Source of the DNA: an uncultured Gemmatimonadaceae bacterium
Lineage (GTDB): Bacteria; Gemmatimonadota; Gemmatimonadetes; Gemmatimonadales; Gemmatimonadaceae
Direction: 5' to 3'
Assembly: GCA_963829055.1 (NCBI GenBank)
Contig: CAWHHI010000009.1
Coordinates: 1 to 64,000 of the forward strand
DNA length: 64,000 nt
How positions within the stretch are numbered: position 1 is the first letter of the stretch; each line of letters opens with the position of its first letter. Positions 44,210-55,672 of the stretch are shown one piece after another. The notes beneath the pieces are model-generated. The model made no database searches and had not been told where the DNA came from. It saw only the letters and a list, made by a program, of their open reading frames with translations. The position numbers were made by a program, and so were the translations under genes.

Positions 44210-44696
44210 CGAAACGGCGCACGGCCCGAACGGCGCCAAATCCCAGACTGCGCGGAATCCCGAACGGCGCGGAATCCCAGACGGCGCGAAATCCCGAACG
44301 GCGCGAAATCCCGAACGACGACAAAAGGCGAGACGGCGCTAACGGCGGAAGCCGCGGCGCTGGCCGCGCGCAGATGATTATCGGGCGTCAGATGGGTTGC
44401 GCATCGCGGCCGTGCAGGCGCCACCGTGGGGCCGTGCTCGACGCGGCCGAGCAGGCCGCCCAGATGGTCAACGACCTGATCGACGGCGCCGGTTCACAAC
44501 CTGTTGGTGGTGATCGTGAAGATGCTGAACTCGTTGCTAAATCGTTGACTGCGCTGTTCCGCTGTTAGGTCGTCCCGCTTTTTGTCGCCGTTCGGGATTT
44601 CGCGCCGTCTGGGATTTCGCGCCGTCTGGGATTTCGCGCCGTCTGGGATTCCGCGCCGTTCGGCATTTGGCGCCGTTCGGGCCGTGCGCCGTTTCG
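44210..44696. mobile_element. Element bounded by inverted 17-bp-unit arrays (44210-44330 and 44575-44696) enclosing a decayed ORF
   Basis: Perfect 32-bp terminal inverted repeat (44210-44241 / 44665-44696) followed by 5-unit arrays; mobility is inferred. Confidence 0.7.
44374..44548 (+). pseudogene. Probable internally deleted four-helix-bundle (TIGR02436/Avd-like) gene
   Basis: AVLDAAEQAAQMVNDLID (from 44431) joined out of frame to PVHNLLVVIVKMLNSLLNR* (44489-44548), resembling the first and last helices. Confidence 0.55.
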
Positions 44697-45858
44697 AGGC
44701 GGACTACGTCTCCTTCGACCGGGAGCGCGGCACGGTGCGGGCCGAGTGCGGTGAGCGGCGCGTGCTGCGCCACGCGCTCCGGGTCGTGGGCGACGACCGT
44801 GAACGCCTCGAGCACGAACGGAACGCCCTCGCTCCGAAGCGGCGCCGCCGCGGGGTCAGCAGCCTCGGTCACATGAAAGTGGAGGTGCGGCCCGTCCGAG
44901 TTCCCCGAGTTGCCGATCGCACCGAGGATCTGTCCCCGGTGAACCACGTCCCCTACCCGTACACGCAGGCTGCCGGGCTTGAGGTGCCCGTAGAGTGCGT
45001 ACCGGTGCGCCTCACCCTGTCCGATCCGAGGTCCAGGAGCACGTAATTCCCGAGGACGGTCGCCACCCGCATCGGCACCGCGCGGGAGCCCTCGCCTGGC
45101 GTGTTGTCCGGGATGCTGTCCATGACCGCGGCCACGCGCGCGTCCGCGACCGCGAGCACCGGCTCTTCGTAGCCGTACCAATCCGTGTTCCGCCGCCCGC
45201 GGTGGTCGCGCGCGTACTCGCCGCGGGCGTCCATCTTCACCCAATCGATCGCGAAGCGCTGGGCGAGGTGCGGCACGGTGTCTTCGCCGACGCGGATCAC
45301 GGCGCGTCGGTGCTCGGACACGTTCGACGGCCCGAGGCCGATCCACCAGTCGCCGGCGCCCACAGGCGGCGCGAGGACAAGGTCCGCTCGCGGACGCACG
45401 AGTACCGATACGCCATCGGCCACACTCCCGTCCGCGAACGCAACGTGGTGCGTGAGCGCCCTCGGCAACGTTGCCGAGGAGTCGAAGGTGAGCCAGAGAT
45501 AGACGACCGCGCGCACACCAGGAGTCAGCCCCTTTGGCGGTGGGGCGCCGCGGGGCGCGATCAGCTTCGCGTCACGCTCGATCTCCGCCCTTCCGTACGT
45601 GGCGACCGGAGCCGCGTCCGCACGGTCGGCGTCGCGCACTTCCAGCCGATCGAGACGGAGCGGCCGGGTGCCGACGTTCGCGATGTGCAGCTCGTACACG
45701 AGGACCACGCGTCCAGCGGCGGCGACCGGCACGGGCGCGGCGGGGACACTGAGCAGCACGGGAGCACCTTGCCTCGCCACGGCCGGCGAGTACTCGCGTG
45801 CGGCAACGCTACTGACCGCGACGATGGCGAGCGTCCGTATACCAGCGAAATGCCTCAC
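44537..45858 (-). CDS. M23 family peptidase (frameshift near 45010); 3' end runs into the repeat arm
   Basis: QRFAID, GNYVLL, YGHLKPGSLRV and GNSGNSDGPHLHF motifs. Confidence 0.88.
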
Positions 45859-45864
45859 GTGACC

Positions 45865-46479
45865 TCAGCGTCGATGCCCGCCTAACGCCTGACGGTCAGC
45901 TGCGTCAGCCGCCGGCGCGGACGAGTCGTCGGGTGGCAGCCGCACACTGGCGCCCGCACCACGTTGAGATGCCGACCGCCTGTGCACCCACGCCCACCCG
46001 ACCAGCGTGGCGGCCAGGAATGGATACCCGTAGAATGGCAGCGGCTCGGAGAGGGGCGTCAGGCCCGCGCCGCCAAAGATCCTCGCCGCCGTGACGGCGA
46101 ACAATATCGCCGCGATCGCCCCGGTCACCCTGACAAGTCCTGGCATGATTGGGGACGCGCTGACGAGGGCTAACGCCGCCGACCAGAGCCCCGCTCCAGC
46201 CGCGAACGACGGGGCGCTCGCCGCGAGGTCCATGGCGGAGCCGGAGACGATCAACGTCTCGCCCGCAAGGAATACCAGGAACCCAGCCGCAAGTTGCGCA
46301 TCTCCGCGGCGCACGTGATGGACGCAGAGCAACGCGCTGCCGACCACGAGCGCGACGCCGTCAGCTCCCCAGGCGAGACCGCGGAGCGCGGCGTTAGGCG
46401 CGAATGAGCCAACCATGCCCAGCAGGGCCCCGATCACGAGCCCTGCGGCCGCAACATTGTGTAGTCGTTCGTCGCTCAT
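45865..46479 (-). CDS. Hypothetical integral membrane protein
   Basis: About six hydrophobic segments; GAGGGG RBS. Confidence 0.75.
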   Translation of the reverse strand: MSDERLHNVAAAGLVIGALLGMVGSFAPNAALRGLAWGADGVALVVGSALLCVHHVRRGDAQLAAGFLVFLAGETLIVSGSAMDLAASAPSFAAGAGLWSAALALVSASPIMPGLVRVTGAIAAILFAVTAARIFGGAGLTPLSEPLPFYGYPFLAATLVGWAWVHRRSASQRGAGASVRLPPDDSSAPAADAADRQALGGHRR

Positions 46480-46551
46480 ACCGCATCCCCCTCGATGGAA
46501 GGCCGGCGGCCGGAGTGGTCCTCCGTCCGCCCGTCAAGGTCGCGAACGATT

Positions 46552-49500
46552 CTATGGGCGCGCTGACGCCGCACCGCGAGCGATCGAATCGACCGCGCCG
46601 GTGCGACCCTGCGCGAGTCGACGGAAGTCCGCCTCGTCCGAGGAGCGGTTCAACGCCGCGTAGTGCTCCGCAAGCGCCGTGTACGCAGCGTGAAATGCTG
46701 ACCCAGATCGCGGGCCAGCGGCTGGAGGATCGACGCCGCGCGGTCGAACAGCGCTCCCGATTCCATGGTCTCTGCCCCGACGGGCCAGGAGATCGGCAAG
46801 CAGCGCGCGCCACCACGCCGCTCGCCAGCGGGTCGGCGGCCCATTCGTCTCCATGATGGCGAGCGCTCGTCGAAGATCGGCTTCCGCCTCCACTCGACGT
46901 CCGGCCGCCGAGCGCACACGAGCGATGTCGAGTAGCGCGCGCGCGACGCGGTCATGTCGCGGGCCCACCGTTCGTTCGAGCGTCGCGATGGCGTCGCGAA
47001 GGATCGCCTCGGCTTCGGCAAGACGGCCCTGCGCCGCCAGTTGGCCCGCGACCGCGCTCATGGCGTCGGTGACCATGGGATGGTCGACACCGAACGTCCG
47101 GCGTTGCGCGTCCAGCATCTCCCGCGCGAGTGCCTCGGCTCGCACGTGGTCGCCGCGGTCGGAGACGATCCCGGTGAGGCCAGAAAGAGCACCAGCGAGA
47201 TTGGGAAGCCATCGCGGTGGTTGCTTGCGGAGGATCTCGACCGCGCGGGTGTAGAGCGACTCGGCCTCGGCAGGGCGGTTGAGGTGCCCGTCGAGCAGGT
47301 CTGCCAGGTGGATCATGCTCGTTGCGGTGATGGGGTGCTCCGGCCCCAGGCGGCGTGAGCGGATCTCCATGCTCTCGCGGAAAGGCAACGGCTCGCAGGT
47401 GGTCGCCACGCGCGTGGGCAAGGTGCTCGAGCCCCGGCAACGCACCGGCGAGGCGCACGGTCGGTGTAGGCGACCTTGCCGCAGACATCGATCGCGCGAT
47501 AGTACAGCGACTCTGCTGCGACTGGCTGGCCGCGGTGGAGCCGAAGCAGGGACTCCGCCAGGTAGGATCATGCTGAGCGTCGCGCTGCTCTGGTCGGTCC
47601 CGTTAGGCGCTCGCGGATGCGCAGGCTCTCGCGGAGCATGTCTTCGGCCGCGTCATAGTTCGATCGCGCGATCAGGACATCGGCGAGGTCGTCGTCGGTG
47701 GTAGCGACTGCTGCGGCCTCCGGTCCGACGGTGGCGCGCTGGATGTCACGCGCCGCACGATAGAGCGACTCTGCCGCGGCGACGTCACTGGTCCGCGTCG
47801 CTATCTTCGCCAGCGCCAGCGCGACATCGGGGTGCTTCGGTCCGAGCACGCGTCGCTGAATGGCCAGCGCCTCGCGTGACAGCTGGAGCGCCTCCTCACG
47901 CCGGTCCGTCTGGAAAAGGACGTTGGCCAGGTTGGTGAGTGTGGTGGCGACATCGCGCGTGATTGTCACCAAGGTGGGAACGACGCAGCTCGAGCGCCCG
48001 ACGCAGCATCCGCTCGGCATCGGCGAACCGCCCGAGCTGATCGTTCACTCGCCCGAGCGCGTCGAGCATCTGCGCCTGCACGACCGGCTGTCCGGCCAGT
48101 TGTTCGACGCGCGCCGTGCCGGTCACGAGCATGTCCCTCGCCATCACCTGCTCACGCGTCGCGCCGGGCGGCGCCGGCGTCCGGAACAGCCTAACGAGAA
48201 AGTCCGTGACCGCGTTCGACTGTCCCAGGGCCTGCTCGGCGCGGTCCCGCTCGCGCCGGGCGTCCGCCGCTTGCCGGACGGCGACCGTCGTCGCCGTCAC
48301 CAGCGAAACCCCCACGACGGCCGCGGCCGCCACCTTCATCCGGTGCCGGCCGAGAAACTTCCGCGCGCGATACCAGCGCGTGGCGTGGTGGGCGAGCACC
48401 GGCAGCCCGTCGAGATGCCGCTGGACGTCCTCCCACATGATGTCCGCGGACCCGTAGCGGCGCGCAGACTCCTTCCGCAGCGCCATCATCACGATGGCGT
48501 CCAGGTCGCCCTCGAGGCGTCGCCTCAGCCGCTCGACGGAAAGACCGCGTTCCGCGGCGACCACTTCCGGAGTCGGGTCGGTGGTGGCGGGCTCCGCCGA
48601 GCGACCCGACTCGGGGCGACTCACGGCGACGCTGGGGAGCCGCGGGTCACGGGCCAGATGATGACCTCCGCCAGCTCGTGGGCGGAGCCACTCGTTATGC
48701 GGTGGGGCCGCCGGCCGCTCAGCAGCTCGTAGAGCAGCACGCCGAGGGCGTAGACGTCACTCGCCGTCGTCAGCGAGTCGCCGCGTATCTGTTCGGGGCT
48801 CGCATACTCCGGCGTCATCACGCGCCACTCCGTCCGCGTCAGCGGCTGGTCGGCCGGTCCGAGCACCGGGTTCACGAGCTTCGCGATGCCGAAGTCCAGC
48901 AGCTTCACCCGCCGGTCTTCGGTGACGAGGATGTTGGTCGGCTTGATGTCGCGATGAATGACGAGATTCTGGTGGGCGTGGTGCACCGCGGCGCAGACGT
49001 CGTGGAAGAGACGCAGCCGCTCCTCGACGCCGAGCCGTTGCCGGTCGCAGTACGTGGTGATCGGGACGCCATCGACGTACTCCATGACGAGGAAGGGCAG
49101 GCGTCCCTCGGTGACACCGCCGTCGAGGAGCTGCGCGATGTTCGGATGGTTCAGCGACGCGAGGATCTGACGCTCGGCGAGAAAGCGGCGCTGGAGGTCG
49201 TCGGCGTCGGGACTGGCCCGCAGCACCTTGATGGCGACGCGCCGTCGATACTGGCCGTCGGAGCGTTCGGCGAGGTAGACGATGCCCATTCCGCCGCGCC
49301 CGAGCTCGCGGAGGACGCGGTAGGGCCCGATCTGTTCGATGCGGAGTGTGGCGATCAGGTCGCCGGCCAACTCGGCGGCGTTGCGGTCGAGCAGCCCATC
49401 GCTGCTTTCGGCTGCGGCGAGCAGCGTCTCGACTTCCGCACAGATGGAAGGATCGTCGGTTTGCCCGCGCAGCCATGCGGCACGCTGGTCCGGCGGCTGG

Positions 49501-49592
49501 TCGAGGGCGCCATCGAACAGGTCGTCAACGGTGCGCCGCCGCTCGTCCACGTCTCCCACGGTGTTCCTCTGTTCCTGGATCATCGGCGGCAC
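46552..49592 (-). CDS. Hanks-type Ser/Thr kinase with TM helix and TPR repeats (multiple frameshifts)
   Basis: GRGGMG, VAIK, HRDIKPTN, DFG, TPEYASPEQ and GDLDAIV..AL motifs; TPR repeats. Confidence 0.92.
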
Positions 49593-49758
49593 CCGTTCCC
49601 GAGCTCCGAGCGCCCTATTCTAGCTCGACGGCAGCGAATCTCGCCAGATCGATGGCCCCCAGCCACTGACTGTCACGATGCGCACGCTTCAGCGGCTCAC
49701 AGCTGTCTTCACCTAACGCGCGACGACGCGGCACCTCCACGCCCTCCTCTACGCGGGG

Positions 49759-50166
49759 CTATCTACTGAACCCCGCAGCCCGCGCCATCACCTGGGGTCC
49801 GAGCGTTTTCAGGGCGCCGCGCACTCGGTCGTCGGGCGTGCCATAGAGCGTGATGCGCTCTGGCGCTAGGACGTCGAAGAACCGCTTCATGTAGCGGTCG
49901 CCGAACGTGCCGAGGTGTGTCATCGCTGCATTCGAGTCGGCGTAGCGCTCGAACAGGTGAAGCCGCCGGCCATCGTCGCTCACGCACCACTCGTAGTCGA
50001 GCGTGCCGGGCTCGGTACGCTCCGTTGCATCAGCCATTTCGGCCATGAGTGCTCGGAAGTCGGACTCCTTACCTTCGTTCACGGCCAGCTCGAACATCCA
50101 AGCGACGTAGCGGCTGCTGGTTGCGGCCGCAGCAGCAGCAGCGGCGGTGCTGGTGTTGCTGGACAT
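49759..50166 (-). CDS. Antibiotic biosynthesis monooxygenase (ABM)-like protein
   Basis: EPGTLDYEW...ERYADS.A...H motif. Confidence 0.85.
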   Translation of the reverse strand: MSSNTSTAAAAAAAATSSRYVAWMFELAVNEGKESDFRALMAEMADATERTEPGTLDYEWCVSDDGRRLHLFERYADSNAAMTHLGTFGDRYMKRFFDVLAPERITLYGTPDDRVRGALKTLGPQVMARAAGFSR

Positions 50167-50440
50167 CTCTATCTCCGGCGTCATGAGGTTTGGTAGTGGC
50201 CGCGAGGTGTCGCGGCGGATCGGCACAACAAGATATACCGTGTTGGGCGCCGGGGTGCCCGCCGAGACGCTGGCATCTCGGCTCCGTCCCCAGCGGAACC
50301 GAGCGCTGCCTAACGCTCTGGCCAAGCCGCGAGCGAAGTGAGCGTGGACAGGCAAGCGCCGTCGCCCGTCCCGCCACGGGGATCAATTCCGCGCGGCGGC
50401 CCTCGCTCGGCGATTCACCCGTGAGCACATTCCAGCCGCC

Positions 50441-53400
50441 ATGACAAGCCGGAGGACCGCGTTGTTCGTTTCCCATGTGCTCCCACATCACGCGCGGCGG
50501 TGCGCGATCGCCGCGTTCCTGATCGCCGCAATCGGCGCATCCGGTGCGGCCCAGTCGCCGGCACGGCGCGAACCGAGCACCGCGACCCCGTTCGCCGACA
50601 CCGCGCTCTTCGCCCCGTACACGTGGCGCAATATCGGCCCGAACCGCGGCGGACGCTCGATCACCGCCGCCGGCTCGCCAGGCCGACCTAACGAGTACTA
50701 CTTCGGCGCGACGGGCGGCGGGTTGTGGAAGACGACCGACGGCGGCACGAGCTGGGCGCCCGTCACCGACGGGCAGATCGCGTCGTCGTCGGTCGGCGCG
50801 GTCGCCGTCTCGGCGTCGACCCCCGACGTCGTCTACATCGGGATGGGTGAGACGGAGCTGCGCGGCAACGTCATGCAGGGCGACGGCGTGTATCGCTCCA
50901 ACGACGGCGGACGCACGTGGGTCCACCGCGGCCTTGGCGCCACGCAGGCTGTTTCCCGCATCCGCATCGATCCCACCGATCCCAACCTGGTGTACGTCGC
51001 GGCGCTCGGGTCTCCGTTCGCGCCTAACGACGAGCGCGGCGTGTTTCGCTCGCGCGATGGCGGCGCGACGTGGAGCCGAGTGCTGTTCAAGGGCCCGCGT
51101 GCGGGCGCGGTCGATCTGGTCATCGATCCCTCCAACCCGCGCGTGCTGTACGCGACACTCTGGGAAGTGTACCGCCGGCCGTGGCAGCTCTGGAGTGGTG
51201 GCGCCGGCTCGGGGCTGTACAGGTCAACCGACGGTGGCGACACCTGGACCGAGCTCACGCACAATCCGGGGTTGCCGACCGGCGTGTTAGGCAAGATGAC
51301 GGTCGCGGTGTCGCCGGCGGACCCGAATCGCGTCTGGGCGAACATCGAAGCGACGGAAGGCGGACTGTATCGGTCCGACGACGGCGGCGCGACGTGGACC
51401 CACATCAACGCGGACCGCGACCTCTGGCAGCGCGCGTTCTACTTCCTGCGCATCGTCGCCGACCCGAAGGATCGCGAGACGGTGTACGTCCTGAGCTTCC
51501 AGCTCGAGAAGTCCACGGACGGCGGGAAGGCGTTCGCTACCGTCGCGACGCCGCACGCCGACCATCACGACCTGTGGATCGACCCTGACGATCCGCGCCG
51601 CATGGTGGAGGCGAACGACGGCGGGGCGATCGTCTCCGTGAACGGCGGGCGAACGTGGACGAATCAACGCTACCCCACGGCGCAGATCTACCGCGTCGCG
51701 ACGACGGACGAGTTTCCATACCACGTCTGCGGCGCGCAGCAGGATAATACCACGGTGTGTGTGCCGAGCAGCGACAGCCATCTCGCGGAGCCTGATGCTC
51801 GTTCGGGTGACTGGTACTATGCGGTGGGCGGCGGCGAGTCTGCCGACATCGCGCCCAAGCCGGGCGCTCCGGACATCTTCTTCGCCGGCGCCACCAACAC
51901 GCTCACGCGTTATGACCGTCGCACCGGCGTGTCGCGCGACGTGCAGCCGTACCCGCGCATCGTGATGGGCGAGCCGGCGTCGGCGATGCCGGAACGCTGG
52001 AACTGGACCTATCCGATCGCGGTCTCGCGCGTCGATCCGCGCATCCTGCTCGTGGGTTCGCAGCACCTCTGGAAGTCTGTGGACGACGGCCGCACCTGGC
52101 GGAAGATCAGCCCGGACCTGACGCGCGCCGACTCGTCGACGATGGGAAACAGCGGCGGTCCGATCGTCTTCGACCAGGACGGGCCGGAGATCTACGCCAC
52201 GATCTTCACGATCGCTCCATCTCGCCGCGACACGTCCACGATCTGGACCGGTTCGGACGACGGTCTCGTGCACGTCACGCGCGACGGCGGCAAGACGTGG
52301 CGCAACGTCACGCCGCCTAACGTCCCGCCGAACACGCGCATCAGCCGCATCGACGCATCGTGGCACAACGCCGGCGCCGCGTACGTGGCGGCCGAGCGGC
52401 ATCGAGATGAACGACAGGGCGCCGTACATCTGGCGAACGCGTGACTACGGCGCCACGTGGACGAAGATCACGGACGGCATCGCGGACGGCGACTTCGTTC
52501 GCGTCGTGCGTGAGGATCGCGAGCGCGCCGGACTGCTCTTCGCGGGAACGGAACACGGCGTCCGCGTCTCGTTCGACGATGGCGCGCACTGGCGATCGCT
52601 GTCGCGCAACCTGCCGGACGTGCAGGTCTCGGATCTCGCTGTCGAGAAGCGTGACCTGGTGATCGCCACGCATGGGCGGTCGTTCTGGATCCTCGACGAT
52701 CTCTCGTCGCTGCGTCAGATGACGCCGGCGATGCTGGCGGGAGGACCGTCTGCGGGAATGGCTCTGGCAAAGCTGATGCGCCCGGCCGATGCCATCGGTC
52801 GCGTCGGTCGCGCGAACCTCGACTACTATCTGCCTACCGCAGCGGACAGCGTCGTGCTCGAGATTCTCGATGCGAGCGGTGACCGCGTTCGCACGTTAGG
52901 CATTGCGGCAGGGCCTGCCGCGCGTGGGGCCGGGTTGCATCGCGTTCAGTGGGACCTCCGCTACCCGGGCGCCACCTCGTTCCCGGGTATCGTCCTCGAA
53001 GGCGGCGATCCTCGTCGCGGCGTGTGGGCCCCGCCGGGTCGCTACCGCGCTCGGCTCACCGTCCGCACGGGCACGTCGGTCGTCGTGGATTCGCAGCCGT
53101 TGAACCTGACGCGGGATCCGCGCGTCACCACGGTGACCGATGCGGACCTGCGCAGCCAGTTCGACCTGGCGCGTCGGATTCGCGACAAGGAGAGCGATGC
53201 GAACGGCGCGATCGTCGGCATTCGTGCGCTGCGTGCGCAGCTTCGTGAGCGGGAGGCCGCTGCTGGGCGACAATCACCGAGTGACGCCGCGCGTCGCGTG
53301 GCGGCCGACATCGCACGGCTCGACAGCGCGATCTCGCAGGTCGAGTCCACGCTCTATCAGGTGAGGAACAAGAGCCCGAAGGACAAGATCGCGTTCCCGA

Positions 53401-53618
53401 TCCGGGTCAACGACCGCCTAACGGGGCTCCGGTCGCAGGTGGACGATGGCTACGCGCGACCAACGGATGCACAGCGGGCAGTGTTCCGGGAGTTGGCGGC
53501 GGAGGTGGATCGGTCGCTCACGACGCTGTCGAGCGTGTACGCTCAGCAGCTCACGCGCGTGAACGAGTCGCTGCGTCTGGCGAAACTCCCGGAGGTCGGG
53601 ATGACGTTCGTGCGGTGA
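50441..53618 (+). CDS. VPS10/sortilin-like BNR-repeat glycosyl hydrolase (frameshift near 52405)
   Basis: WRNIGP.RGGR, repeated S.DGG.TW, DHHDLWIDP and ATHGRSFW motifs. Confidence 0.92.
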
Positions 53619-53628
53619 TGAGCGGAGG

Positions 53629-53755
53629 TGTCATTCCGAGCGGAGGCCCGAAGGGCCGCAGTCGAGGAATCGAGCGCTGTCCCGGTAGAGGGCCCTCTAC
53701 CCGTACAATCGCGATTCCTCGACTCCGCGCCTTCGGCGCTCCGCTCGGAATGACA
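53629..53755. repeat. REP-like palindrome (same family as 28738)
   Basis: TGTCATTCCGAGCGGAG...CTCCGCTCGGAATGACA between convergent genes; likely also a bidirectional terminator. Confidence 0.9.
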
Positions 53756-53760
53756 CACGG

Positions 53761-54852
53761 TCATTTCGCCGTCAGTGTGCCGAGCAGACCGTGCGTCTCA
53801 CCGCTCGGGCCCGCGCTGTAATACAGCGTCGTCGCCGGGGCCGAGCCAACGCCCCACTTCAGATCCCAGAGTCCAAGGATCGAGATGGGTACGTTGGTCG
53901 CGTCGTGGAGGAAACCGCGGAAGACACCCGTCGTCGCATCGTAGGCGCCGATTTGCCCGTCGCCGAAGTTGCCGATCAGGATGTTGCCGCCGGCGCTGCC
54001 GAAGGCGGCCGGAGCCAGCGCGACCGCCCACGGCGAGTTGAGCCTGCCGTTGGAAGCGAAGCGCTTCACCAGCGTCCCGTCGGGGTTGAAGATGTCGACG
54101 TACCCGTTGCCGACCCCGGGTCTGTCATCTTCGTTGTCCGGCGCGAGCTGCTTGGCGAATGTGACGTAGAGCTGCCCGTTGATGTTGTGGATGCCGAACG
54201 GCGCATAGCCCGCGGGAACTGTCGCATCAGTGAAGGATGATACGAGCTTGAACGTCCGGTCGAACACGTCCACCTTGTTCGCCTTGAAGTTGGTCGCGTA
54301 CAGGAAGTTCGCGCCGCCGTTGGACGCCAGGGCAAGCCCCTTGTACACCGCGCTCGTGGACGACTGGTTCGCGACGATCTGGGCGGTCGCGCCGCTGCCG
54401 CTGTTCCACGCAGTGATCGTCCCGTCCTCACTCGAGAAGATGAACGACGCCTTGTTGCCGTTTGCGAGCACGAAGTCGGTGGCCGGATTGGTGGCCGGAT
54501 TGAACACGATCCCCGTCGGCGCTCCAGCTGTTGCACCGGCGCTTCCGGGAATCGTGACGACCAGTGAGGACCTGACCCCAGTGCCGCTGTAGAGCGTCGA
54601 CGTGTGAGTGCGGTTGTTGCTCGTCCAGATCGTGCCACCCGCGCTGAAGGCGAGCCCCCAGGGGTTCACCAGGGCGGGATCGACGACCGTTGCCCCGAGT
54701 CCCGACACATCGGCCACGAGCTTCACGTCCTCGTACGCTGTCGGCAGGACTGGCGTGGTTACTTCATCGTCGGAGGAGCACGCGACGAGCCCGGCCGTCA
54801 GTCCAGCGGCTAGGGCAATCGACCGGCCAATCAAACCCGAAAAATGTTGCAT
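53761..54852 (-). CDS. TIGR03118 family lipoprotein
   Basis: LVNPWGL, PTGIVFN, VYKGLA, GYAPFGI, LNSPW and GNFGDG motifs. Confidence 0.92.
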   Translation of the reverse strand: MQHFSGLIGRSIALAAGLTAGLVACSSDDEVTTPVLPTAYEDVKLVADVSGLGATVVDPALVNPWGLAFSAGGTIWTSNNRTHTSTLYSGTGVRSSLVVTIPGSAGATAGAPTGIVFNPATNPATDFVLANGNKASFIFSSEDGTITAWNSGSGATAQIVANQSSTSAVYKGLALASNGGANFLYATNFKANKVDVFDRTFKLVSSFTDATVPAGYAPFGIHNINGQLYVTFAKQLAPDNEDDRPGVGNGYVDIFNPDGTLVKRFASNGRLNSPWAVALAPAAFGSAGGNILIGNFGDGQIGAYDATTGVFRGFLHDATNVPISILGLWDLKWGVGSAPATTLYYSAGPSGETHGLLGTLTAK

Positions 54853-55025
54853 AAGACGCCTCCCAGTGTGTGTCCGCCCCAGGCCCACCCGCGCGAACGC
54901 GATCGGTGGGGCTCGGTGGCACCGGTACACATACCTTGGAGAGCTCGATCGTGCGTAACGTCGCGCGGTGAAAGGCGCCGCTGATACGGCCAAGTGCGTC
55001 GTCGCGGAGTAAACGCGGGAGCCGG

Positions 55026-55337
55026 TCAGTGAGACGGCGGCGGCTTCCACCCGCGAAACGCGTAGTACCGCTCTTTCGGCTCACCCGTCCACCCATTGAT
55101 CCCGTTACGCGGCAGCCACCATCCGTGGATGATCAGAACGAACACGATCGGAAGGGCGATGAAGACGAAGGACCATGGGCGACCGAACTGCACGGACACG
55201 GCTCGCGTTACGGCGAGGAAGAGGATCACCTTGAGGACCCGGCGCCACTTCGGGGTTCTCTCCTCGAAGTGACCGAACAGGATATTGCCGATCGCGAAGA
55301 TGGCCGCGACGAGAGCGACTTCAAACCAGGAATCCAT
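55026..55337 (-). CDS. Small membrane protein
   Basis: GHFEERTPKWRR...HGWWLP.NGINGWT.EP...YY..RGW. Confidence 0.8.
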   Translation of the reverse strand: MDSWFEVALVAAIFAIGNILFGHFEERTPKWRRVLKVILFLAVTRAVSVQFGRPWSFVFIALPIVFVLIIHGWWLPRNGINGWTGEPKERYYAFRGWKPPPSH

Positions 55338-55615
55338 GTCAGTTCGCCGCGACCCTACCGCGTCCAGAGAACGATGCGTCATCCGCCCGCGATCTCGTGG
55401 TGTGACAGTGCCGCGGCTGCAGCAACGGTACGCGGGCCGGAAGTACACGGTCAAGCACGTCGTCCGAGGGCATTATAGCCTGGTCTGGCGCCGGGTCGCA
55501 CGGGCGGCCTGAATCCCCGACACTCAGCAGCTACACCGTCGAATCGTCACGGACATGGCAATTCCCCCAGGCAAACGAATCCGCAAACCCCAAACAATCG
55601 CTACACTCTGTTGAC

Positions 55616-55663
55616 GCCTAACGCCAAGCTGAGCTGACGGTCAGCTTCAACGATTTGTTAGAC
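55616..55663 (-). other. Integron attC site
   Basis: Minus strand GTCTAAC-AAATC-GTTGAAGCTGAC-C-GTCAGCTCAGC-TTGGC-GTTAGGC: R''/L''/L'/R' boxes with an extrahelical base, 9 bp after a stop codon. Confidence 0.8.
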
Positions 55664-55672
55664 GCGGCCGGT

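Noticed and set aside
50123..50147. Short GCA trinucleotide run encoding poly-Ala
   Set aside because: Too short and in-frame; no evidence of phase variation
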